64,000 bases of DNA, taken from IMG/VR virus record IMGVR_UViG_3300008469_000001, positions 1 through 64,000 of that record. One strand, given 5' to 3'. Within the stretch, counting starts at the first letter, position 1. Each line of letters begins with the position of its first letter. The stretch comes from a virus. Shown piece by piece: positions 50,393-58,799 of the stretch. Made by a program: the position numbers and the translations under genes. Below the pieces are notes generated by a model. That model was not told where the DNA came from and did no database searches. It worked only from the letters and a program-made list of their open reading frames with translations.

Positions 50393-50788
50393 ATGGTATA
50401 TCCTTTTGTAGCTAATAAAGTTGAACAATTAGAATTAGACCCAATAAAAAAAGTAGATGGGTATATATGGTATAATACAGTTGAAAAAGTTTATAAAACA
50501 TGGGTTGGAAATACAATTCAAATTTTCATTACAGACTTTAGTTTTGGTCAAAATGTTGATGAGATGGTGCAGGATAAACTTGATACTAAACAATTTACTG
50601 TTGGATTTGATTCTGTATATAGTTTGATTATAAAACATAATAAAAATTCACATTTCTTTAATTACACTATTTTTGACACTATTGATAATGTTCAAATAAA
50701 TTCATCAGTAGAAATTATTAATGATAATGAAGTTAAAGTTGACTTTACAGATCCAGTAACTGGTCATATTTTTATGTATTTCCAATAA
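50393..50788 (+). CDS. Small virion/fibre-associated protein
   Basis: GYIWYNT and IIKHN...V.F..PVTG modules. Confidence 0.55.
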   Translation: MVYPFVANKVEQLELDPIKKVDGYIWYNTVEKVYKTWVGNTIQIFITDFSFGQNVDEMVQDKLDTKQFTVGFDSVYSLIIKHNKNSHFFNYTIFDTIDNVQINSSVEIINDNEVKVDFTDPVTGHIFMYFQ

Positions 50789-50843
50789 TAATAATAAATT
50801 GAATAAATAAATAAAAATATAATCTAGGGGAAAGGATATTAAC

Positions 50844-52448
50844 ATGATTAAAAGTAAATTACATAATCCAATAATTGCAAATAATTCACACATTGAAAAT
50901 GCAGTTGTAGAAAAAGTAAACTTAACAAATGAAAAAGTGTTCTCAGATTTGGGAAATGCAACACCAATCGTACCAGAAACTGGTAGAGTTTGGTTTAATA
51001 CTGAATCAGGAACATTTAAATTTGCTAATATAGGTTTAGGTGGAGATGGTGAAAATTTTGTAGATGAATTTTTATCTAAAACAGATTTAAGACCTCAAAC
51101 AGTTGATTCAAAAGTTGATTTTAAAGATACTGTTAAAGTATTAAATACAGATGGAAGCGAACAATTAGTTATTGATTCTACAAGTAAAATTTTAACTATT
51201 GATAATTCTATCGCTGTGCAAGTAACAAGTGATAATATCACAACAAATGTTATTGGTAAAGTATCGGTGACAGATGGGACAAATGATAAAATTGTTGCAG
51301 ATAATACAGCTAATTCATTTGATTTAAATTATAATACTATAAACACATTAGGTCAGGATGTAAAGTTTACATCATCAAACTCTGTAGTTATAAATGATGG
51401 TGTTTCTGATAAATTTATTATTGATAACAGTAGTGATAGTGTAACATTGAGTTATGCTACTGTAACTGCTAATACTACATCAACAACATTAAATGCAACT
51501 GATACAACTTTTAATGTATCAAATACATTAAAATTAACAGATGGGACAAATGATAAAATAGTTGCAGATAATACTAATAACGCATTAAATGTTACATATG
51601 CTGAAACTACTGTAACAGGTAATGCAACAGTTGATGGTAATATGGTTGTAACTGGTGATTTAACTGTAGGTGGTCAAACTACTAAGGTTGATGTTGCCTC
51701 TGAAAGTATGGTAATCGCAGATAATGTAGTTGTATTGAATAGTAATTTAGATGATACAGTTGATCCTAGGTTAGCATCTGCAATTGTTGATGGTACAGAT
51801 GTAGATCATGATGCAGGTATCGCTATTAATAGAGGTAGTGAAGGTATTTTAGATTTAATTAAATGGTTAGAGTCAACTGATACTACTACAACTGAAACTT
51901 TAAAAGAAGGAACAGCAAATATTTCTATATGGAATTATGAAGCTGCAACACCTGCTTATGAATTACACCAAATCATTGATGAATATACATTAGGTAGACA
52001 AGTTAATGGTTTGTCTGGTTCTGGTTGGGTTGGTTACGATGGTGAGATTGGAACTAATTATGCTAATGCAATTGGTGCAGGAGCAACAGATGGTGAAGCA
52101 TCAGAATATGCATTTAAAATTGATGCCGGAAAGCTAGATGATACAATTGATCAAATTGTTCAAGAAATAGATACTGTTAAATTTGATGGTATGAATTCTG
52201 CAAGAGTTGGTGAAACACCATCTGCTGGAACAGAATTTGTAATAACTCATAACTTAGGTACAGTATTTGTTGATGTCAAAGTTCAAAGAGAGGAAGATAG
52301 TAATTGGTATTATGATGTATTACCGATTCAAATTATTGATGCTAATACAATTAAAATTGTTGCTACTGAAACAACAAAAATAAGATATATGATTTCTGCT
52401 ATTCAAGGGTTTGATGTTAATCAAGCAACCGAATTAACAATTTCTTAA
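50844..52448 (+). CDS. Tail fibre-like structural protein
   Basis: GRVWFNT, TDGTNDKIVADNT repeats, GDLTVGG.TT...DN.V.LNS..AGI.I.RG module, C-terminal ITHNLGT. Confidence 0.65.
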   Translation: MIKSKLHNPIIANNSHIENAVVEKVNLTNEKVFSDLGNATPIVPETGRVWFNTESGTFKFANIGLGGDGENFVDEFLSKTDLRPQTVDSKVDFKDTVKVLNTDGSEQLVIDSTSKILTIDNSIAVQVTSDNITTNVIGKVSVTDGTNDKIVADNTANSFDLNYNTINTLGQDVKFTSSNSVVINDGVSDKFIIDNSSDSVTLSYATVTANTTSTTLNATDTTFNVSNTLKLTDGTNDKIVADNTNNALNVTYAETTVTGNATVDGNMVVTGDLTVGGQTTKVDVASESMVIADNVVVLNSNLDDTVDPRLASAIVDGTDVDHDAGIAINRGSEGILDLIKWLESTDTTTTETLKEGTANISIWNYEAATPAYELHQIIDEYTLGRQVNGLSGSGWVGYDGEIGTNYANAIGAGATDGEASEYAFKIDAGKLDDTIDQIVQEIDTVKFDGMNSARVGETPSAGTEFVITHNLGTVFVDVKVQREEDSNWYYDVLPIQIIDANTIKIVATETTKIRYMISAIQGFDVNQATELTIS

Positions 52449-52473
52449 TAAAATTCCACTAAAAGTATAATTT

Positions 52474-52510
52474 AATACACCCATCAATTCATTGGTTGGT
52501 GTATTTTTAT
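52474..52510 (+). terminator. Intrinsic terminator
   Basis: AATACAC..CAAT/ATTG..GTGTATT stem followed by a T run. Confidence 0.5.
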
Positions 52511-52593
52511 ATTCAAAAAAATTAATATTTATACTAACAAACTTTTTTTCAAAAAAACACTTTTTCAAAAAACACATATTTTTACATTATACT

Positions 52594-52601
52594 TATAAAT
52601 A
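52594..52601 (+). promoter_or_regulatory. Late promoter TATAAATA for the sheath gene
   Basis: Exact T4 late motif 45 bp upstream of ATG 52647. Confidence 0.6.
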
Positions 52602-52646
52602 AAATTGAAAATAAAAAAACAATCTTTAACTATAAGGAGAAATATA

Positions 52647-55217
52647 ATGTTAGTAGGTGTAGAAACAAAACTAATCGACAATTCACCATCATTTGTAGGT
52701 GGTGGTTCGAGCTTTATTCCAACTATTGTAACATTCGCAAGCAAAGGTCCAGTAAACCAACCATATTTATGTGGTTCTGCTAGTGAGGCATTACAAATTT
52801 TTGGTGAAGCAGATTTAAGTAAAAAACAATATGGTATGTTCGCAGCATACGAATTTTTTAAACAAGGTTCAAGTGCTTGGATTGTTAGAGCTGGTGCGGA
52901 TACTCCGGGCTTTGCTGAAACAACAATCAAAGCTAGAGATGGTAAACCATTAATGACAATTAGAAGCAAAAATTCTGGTGAATTTTATAACTCATTTAGA
53001 ATTGTATTCCAAGATATTAACCCTATCAATTTTGATGGTGTTGTAACAATGCAAATCTTAATTGAAATGAAAAATCCATTAACTCCAGATGAGTGGGCAG
53101 AAACTGAAACTACTCCATTCCCAGAGTATATTCCTATTCCAGGAAAAAACAGATTTAATGTTGATTTTGCAACTCAAAGAGTTTATTCAGCAATTGATGA
53201 TGTAGATCAAGTAAACCATTTTGGTGAATATTTATATGATGCAGTATCTGATTCTTGTATTAAACAAGTTAATGAAATTGTTAAAATGAATGAAACTGAA
53301 GATTTTATGTTTATTTTTGAAAGAGAACCTTTCACATCAACTATTGTAATTGAAAAATTAAAAGCACAAGTAAACTTTGCTGGTGGTTCAAATGCTATTG
53401 AAACTGCATGGGCACCAATCTTCAACTTAGCTGGATTTAAAAAATATGATGCTGCTAGAAGAGAATTTAGAGCTGAATCTGATTTATATACTATGGCTAA
53501 AAATGAGTATGTTCAATTACCAGTAAATGTACAAAAATATAACAAAGATAATAACATTTTAGTAATTGGTGGATTAACTACCAATGGTATAAAAAAAGAA
53601 GTTGTTTACCAAGATAAATTAGTTGATTGGGGAACATATAACAATGTAGATACTGTTAAAGGTTCTGTAGCATTTGCAACTGCTGAGCCAGTAGTAAGTA
53701 ATCCAAATGTTGGAGATGATGCAACAGTAACACTAAGAGATAATGATGGTGTTGAAATTGATGTAAGAGTTGGTGATATTAGAGAATTTGTTATGCCATT
53801 AGGTGGAGATGTAAATACACATAATTACTACTTAAATATTGATGAAGATAAATTCTTATTACAAGAGTTGTATAAAAAAGATTGTCCTCAAGTTGATGAT
53901 GGACCTGAATCTTTACCTGCTATTGATGGAACAGGTAGATATTATAATGTTACAGTTCAATTTGCAAATGCAATGGAAAAATTAGCAGAAATCATTGAAA
54001 AAATGAATAACATTAAAAAAGATGTAGCGAACCAAGCATATAGAGTAGATGCATGGTCTCCAGGTGAATGGGGTAATAAATATCAAGTATCTGTTGATTA
54101 TGATCCAGGTGTTGATGAAGTTACTATTCATATATTTGAAGAAAGAGGTGCTGAATTAGTAGAAGTTGAAAATGGTGTTTCTCAATCATTTAAAGCTGAT
54201 CAATTAACATTTAAAAATGCTAAAATTTATATTGGTACACCAGTAGAAGTAGCAGTATCTAATACTTATCCAGTTAATGATGTTGATCCTGATACAGGTG
54301 CTGAACAACCTATGCCATTAATGGGTGGTGCTGATATGTTTACTGATAAAGATTATAATAATGATCAAAAATTAGCTCCTTACATTGCTGGTTCAGTTGC
54401 ACATCAAACTGGTGTATGGGCTGTATTCAACTTTGAAGAATTTGCATATAAAGCATTAGCTTGTCCTTATTTCTCACAATTTGGTATGGTAAGTGGTGAA
54501 ATGGTTTCTATGGCAGAAAACAGAAGAGATTTCCATTGTATTATTGACACACCTGATTTAATTGCTCCAGCAGCAGTTAATTGGAGAACAAGTGGTAATC
54601 ATAATTCTAAATTTGAATCAATTTATTTCCCATGGTTAATGAAATTAGATACTTATACTAAGAAAGTAGTTCCAGTTCCACCAAGTGGTTCAGCATTACA
54701 ATCTATGGCATTAACTCAAAGGAATGGTAAAATCTGTGATGCTCCAGCAGGAACAACAAGAGGTATGATTTTTGATGCTGTTGCAGTATCAAAAGATATT
54801 AAATTATCACAAGTAATGAGAGATAGATTATATGGTATGGGTATCAATCCAATTGTCAAAGGTTTAACTACTGGTATTTGTGTTATGGGTCAAAAGACTA
54901 CATATGCTAAAACATCTCCAATGCAAAAAGTTGGTACAATGATTATGATTGAACAAATTGTAAGAGATTTAACTTTATCTGGTAAAAATTACTTATTTGA
55001 TTTATCTGTTCCAAGTTTATGGAATACAATTCAAGGTGATTTTCAATCATATTTAAATACATATATAGCAAATGAGTGTTTATCTGAAGCTGAAGCGAAT
55101 GTAAGTGCGGAATTTAACCCACCAATCGTATTAGCACAATCTAAGTTAAATGCATTAGTTAGAATTAAACCAAGTCCTTATATGGAACATTTAATAATTC
55201 CGATTTCTTGTGAATAA
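52647..55217 (+). CDS. Contractile tail sheath protein (gp18-like)
   Basis: Likely start MLVGVE (AAGGAG RBS); ASKGPVNQP, FG, WIVRA; C-terminal YFPW, VPPSG, APAG..RG, RD.LY..GINPI, GQKT. Confidence 0.92.
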   Translation: MLVGVETKLIDNSPSFVGGGSSFIPTIVTFASKGPVNQPYLCGSASEALQIFGEADLSKKQYGMFAAYEFFKQGSSAWIVRAGADTPGFAETTIKARDGKPLMTIRSKNSGEFYNSFRIVFQDINPINFDGVVTMQILIEMKNPLTPDEWAETETTPFPEYIPIPGKNRFNVDFATQRVYSAIDDVDQVNHFGEYLYDAVSDSCIKQVNEIVKMNETEDFMFIFEREPFTSTIVIEKLKAQVNFAGGSNAIETAWAPIFNLAGFKKYDAARREFRAESDLYTMAKNEYVQLPVNVQKYNKDNNILVIGGLTTNGIKKEVVYQDKLVDWGTYNNVDTVKGSVAFATAEPVVSNPNVGDDATVTLRDNDGVEIDVRVGDIREFVMPLGGDVNTHNYYLNIDEDKFLLQELYKKDCPQVDDGPESLPAIDGTGRYYNVTVQFANAMEKLAEIIEKMNNIKKDVANQAYRVDAWSPGEWGNKYQVSVDYDPGVDEVTIHIFEERGAELVEVENGVSQSFKADQLTFKNAKIYIGTPVEVAVSNTYPVNDVDPDTGAEQPMPLMGGADMFTDKDYNNDQKLAPYIAGSVAHQTGVWAVFNFEEFAYKALACPYFSQFGMVSGEMVSMAENRRDFHCIIDTPDLIAPAAVNWRTSGNHNSKFESIYFPWLMKLDTYTKKVVPVPPSGSALQSMALTQRNGKICDAPAGTTRGMIFDAVAVSKDIKLSQVMRDRLYGMGINPIVKGLTTGICVMGQKTTYAKTSPMQKVGTMIMIEQIVRDLTLSGKNYLFDLSVPSLWNTIQGDFQSYLNTYIANECLSEAEANVSAEFNPPIVLAQSKLNALVRIKPSPYMEHLIIPISCE

Positions 55218-55232
55218 CAAAATTCTAATATG

Positions 55233-55262
55233 AAAAAAAGGTGAGTTTAACTCACCTTTTTT
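55233..55262. terminator. Bidirectional intrinsic terminator
   Basis: AAAAAAAGGTGAGTT-T-AACTCACCTTTTTT between convergent genes. Confidence 0.85.
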
Positions 55263-55269
55263 ATTGACT

Positions 55270-55500
55270 TTACTTTGAAGACTTCTTAATTTCTTCACTT
55301 TCTTTTTCTCTTTGTTTAATTAATTCTTCGATCCAAAATTTTCTTTCATTTGGTGTCATCATCATAGTTTCGCTTCTTTGTGTATTCATATGATAATTCA
55401 ATGCCCATATTTCAAATAAAATATTATCATTTTGATTTTTTAGTGACTCGAGGACTGGAACTACATCTTTTGCTGTAAAGTTCTTCAGTCCTCTTCTGAG
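55270..55500 (-). CDS. gp51-like baseplate hub assembly/tail chaperone segment, probably reached by -1 frameshift
   Basis: Not in the ORF track; 76 codons LRRGLKNF...MMMTPNERKFWIEELIKQREKE; no convincing start codon. Confidence 0.65.
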   Translation of the reverse strand, partial: LRRGLKNFTAKDVVPVLESLKNQNDNILFEIWALNYHMNTQRSETMMMTPNERKFWIEELIKQREKESEEIKKSSK

Positions 55501-56276
55501 AAAAAATTAGTAATGTCTACCACAACATCAGTTTTCTCTTTGAATCCACAATTAGCACATTTTACATCTAAATCCATAACAGTACCAATCTTATTTACTT
55601 CTGTAAAGTGATCTATGATAAATTTAAAATCTTTTGGATTTACTTGTTCCACCCATTGTGCAATAAATCTTTTATCTGTAACTGATTGTTTACCATCATC
55701 AGTTTCAACATCAACTCTTTGAATACAACTAACAATCTTGTCTAACTGTTCTGCAACATCATTGTCATTTGCTTTTTGAATTTCAACCGCTTCTTTAAAA
55801 ATTATTGGAATCATATATATTTCAAAGTTCTTAAATTTTAACATAAGTTCATCAAAGCTATTTAACATTTTTATTGGTAATTTAGTGTAATCAACATTTA
55901 ATTCATTTTCATGGTTGCACTCAGAACATGTCCAACTAACTTTTGTCATTTTACCATAAGTTAAAACCCTTGCTTGTAATAACATAGCTTCAACATCGGC
56001 TCTAATTAACAGTTCTGGTTTTTTTAAACCCAATATTGTATTTTTTAAAACAATCATTGGTGCTTTTAGTTCTTCAACTAATTTTTGATCTGTCCAAATA
56101 AGTTCATCTTTAGTTGTTAAGGCTCTAACTTGAACCATACCATCAGATGAAAGAGCACCTTGCTCAAAAATATCATCTAATACACCATCTTGGGCGTATG
56201 GAATACCTTTAGATGGTAATTTCATTTCGTAATATGTTGGTTCTTTTGACTGTAATAATGGATTATAATTACTCAT
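55485..56276 (-). CDS. Baseplate hub assembly protein (T4 gp26-like)
   Basis: MKLPSKG, VRALTTKDE, D...LL..R..TYG, CSEC and CANC, C-terminal NFF. Confidence 0.85.
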   Translation of the reverse strand: MSNYNPLLQSKEPTYYEMKLPSKGIPYAQDGVLDDIFEQGALSSDGMVQVRALTTKDELIWTDQKLVEELKAPMIVLKNTILGLKKPELLIRADVEAMLLQARVLTYGKMTKVSWTCSECNHENELNVDYTKLPIKMLNSFDELMLKFKNFEIYMIPIIFKEAVEIQKANDNDVAEQLDKIVSCIQRVDVETDDGKQSVTDKRFIAQWVEQVNPKDFKFIIDHFTEVNKIGTVMDLDVKCANCGFKEKTDVVVDITNFFSEED

Positions 56277-56433
56277 ATATCTCTCCTGAATTAATTTTAG
56301 TACTTATTATACAATTAATATATGAAATATTTATATTAAAAAAAGACAGAATTCTGAAATTTGTATAAATAAATAAAAAATAAAGGTTAATTCTTTATAA
56401 ATAAAATAAAGAAAAATGTAAATCCCAAGGAGA

Positions 56434-57483
56434 ATGATAATGAAATTTGTTGAAATCGTAGAGACAGTAGAGAGTATTGAAAGTAAATTAGATACTTTAT
56501 CTGAAGCAAAATTAGAATTGTTAGAAACAATTTTAGAAGAGGGTGCAGATATTGAATTTGATACAGTACACCATATGGATTATTTAATTGAGTTTGTTGA
56601 TGCTCACACAGATGATAATGCAACAGTAATTGCTGAGTCAGTTGATTGTGGTACTGTTTTAGAGACTATTTTAGAGTCAGCTAGAAAAAACCCAACTGAT
56701 ATAGAAACATTTATTGCTGAAGCTATCGAAGCTGCTGGAGAAATTGAGATTGCTGAGTTAGATGATGAAACAGAAACAGCATCTGTGACATTATTATCAA
56801 TTGTAACTAATACTTTAACAGAAATGTTAGGTGAAGAAGCTGTTGAAGCATTACCTGCTGAGATGGTATTCGATATTGTTTCTGAAGCAAAAGATTTAGA
56901 TATTTCTGATGATGCAACTGATATGAATTTAGTTGAATTAGTAGAAGAAATTTCTACAAAATTGGAAACAGCTATTTCTGAAGGTGTAATAGATTTAGAT
57001 TCTGAAGATTATGAAACAGAAACTTTAGCTGAATTCTTAAATGATTATGCTGATACAGAAGATTTATTAGAAGAAATGGCACAAGTTAATGAAGAAATTT
57101 TAGCAGAATCAGAAGATGAAGCTGGTGCAGATTTAATGAGAAAAGCTAAAGAAGCTACAACAATAGTTGAAGCAAAAATGGAAATATGTAAACCAAGTGA
57201 TATGAAATGTAAACAAGAGAAAGCTAAAAAAGCTAAAGCTTACTTTGCTAAAAATGAAATGCCTGGTGGGGGAAAAGCAAAAGATTTTGCTATGGATAAA
57301 ATTTCTGGTGACTTAGCTAAGCATGTTAAAAATGCTGCTAAAGCATCAAAAAAAGCTACTGGTAAACCACTTTCCAAAGAATATATTCAATATGTTTTAG
57401 TTCCAGGAATAATTAAAAGAATGAGAATGAGAGGTATGAAATTAAAAGCAAAAGATATGAAGAAAAAAGCAGGAATGAAATAA
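56434..57483 (+). CDS. Highly acidic protein with basic C-terminus, possible prohead core/scaffold
   Basis: Many (I/L)xE sites; TATAAATA at 56364 and 56396; AAGGAG RBS. Confidence 0.5.
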   Translation: MIMKFVEIVETVESIESKLDTLSEAKLELLETILEEGADIEFDTVHHMDYLIEFVDAHTDDNATVIAESVDCGTVLETILESARKNPTDIETFIAEAIEAAGEIEIAELDDETETASVTLLSIVTNTLTEMLGEEAVEALPAEMVFDIVSEAKDLDISDDATDMNLVELVEEISTKLETAISEGVIDLDSEDYETETLAEFLNDYADTEDLLEEMAQVNEEILAESEDEAGADLMRKAKEATTIVEAKMEICKPSDMKCKQEKAKKAKAYFAKNEMPGGGKAKDFAMDKISGDLAKHVKNAAKASKKATGKPLSKEYIQYVLVPGIIKRMRMRGMKLKAKDMKKKAGMK

Positions 57484-57500
57484 TCCTAACTTTTTCTTTC

Positions 57501-57530
57501 TGAGAGAGAATTTCTCTCTCAACCTTTCTT
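57501..57530 (+). terminator. Hairpin/terminator
   Basis: TGAGAGAGAA-T-TTCTCTCTCA after 57483. Confidence 0.5.
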
Positions 57531-57567
57531 CAAACTCTACAATAAATAAAACAAAGGAGAATTTGTT

Positions 57568-58239
57568 ATGATTGTGAGAGTAAAACCCAAATTAGACCCC
57601 AAATTAAAAAAACTTTTTGATAGATTACTCAACACAGAAGATAAAACTCTACCCCTGCACTTTAAATTCCTTAAAAATATGACATCAGAGTTGAGAGATC
57701 AGTTTATGGAATATTTCTCATATACTACAAAATATGACCTTAAAGAATACGAATTAGTCAAAAGAAGATTTAAGAATAATGAAAAACTGTTGATTGATAA
57801 TATGCTGGATATTGTTACTGATTATAAAGATAGTGAAATATGGAAAACAGATCAACTTAAACAAGTAAGAGGAATATATTTAGGGTCTATGTACCAAATC
57901 AAATATAAAAATTATCAACATGATCCGTTTCCGTTGGCTTTATTTCTAAATACTTATGATAATACCCATCAGAATTTCCAAGCTATCAATTTGCATTATT
58001 TTGTTCCTCAATTTAGAACTTATTTTATTGATAGAATCCTACAACTTAACAAACCTAGGATAGTAACAGATAAACCACCTATTTTAACTATGGATATGGT
58101 TAATACTATTATTCCTAATTTAGGTGTTGCATTCAGAAATTATAAAGCAGAAGAGATAAAGGTTATAGAAAAAATTAATCATTCTAGATGGAAAACCTAT
58201 CTTGAAATTGATAGAAGAAATATAAAGATTAAAAAATAA
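57568..58239 (+). CDS. DNA end protector (T4 gp2-like)
   Basis: GSMYQIKY, HDPFPL, FQAINLHY..P.FR, C-terminal W. Confidence 0.75.
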   Translation: MIVRVKPKLDPKLKKLFDRLLNTEDKTLPLHFKFLKNMTSELRDQFMEYFSYTTKYDLKEYELVKRRFKNNEKLLIDNMLDIVTDYKDSEIWKTDQLKQVRGIYLGSMYQIKYKNYQHDPFPLALFLNTYDNTHQNFQAINLHYFVPQFRTYFIDRILQLNKPRIVTDKPPILTMDMVNTIIPNLGVAFRNYKAEEIKVIEKINHSRWKTYLEIDRRNIKIKK

Positions 58240-58308
58240 CTTCTTAATATAAAAAACACAATTTTTTGAATAAATAGAATAAAGAAACTATTTTTAAGGA
58301 ATATTATT

Positions 58309-58788
58309 ATGGGTATATTTAATAAATTAAAACATATGACAGGATTTGATGCTCAAAGAAATGAAGATGGTAAGATTATTGATATTAAAAAATGTCTTAT
58401 TGAAGTTAAAATGAAAAAAGCTGAATTTATAATGTTAGCAAAATACTATTATAGAGGACATACTTCATACTCATCATATTATAAATTTGTATACCTTAAA
58501 AGAGTTAAAAAAATTATTGCTATTATGGATGCTGCTAAGAAAAAGGCTGATAATGGTTGTGCTATGGATGCAACTTATATTAAGTTTTATTACAATTCTA
58601 CACATTTTATAGAACTACCTTTTGAGGTATTTGCTGATAAGAGAAATATGAATATCAATATTAGAAATACTAAAAGATGGAATGAATTAAATATAAAGAG
58701 AATTTTAAAATTGTATCCTGATTTTATTGAATATGAAAAAAGTTTAATATCGGAAAATGACATCATCTCAATATTAGAAATTGACTAA
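58309..58788 (+). CDS. Hypothetical protein
   Basis: 159 aa, AAGGA RBS. Confidence 0.6.
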   Translation: MGIFNKLKHMTGFDAQRNEDGKIIDIKKCLIEVKMKKAEFIMLAKYYYRGHTSYSSYYKFVYLKRVKKIIAIMDAAKKKADNGCAMDATYIKFYYNSTHFIELPFEVFADKRNMNINIRNTKRWNELNIKRILKLYPDFIEYEKSLISENDIISILEID

Positions 58789-58799
58789 AATAGGATCAA

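Noticed and set aside
52605-52646. Longest-ORF starts for sheath, clamp (18956), MTase (28523), and ORFs at 5402, 10272, 20570 and 36689
   Set aside because: Downstream ATGs have better RBS spacing or avoid overlapping promoters and upstream genes
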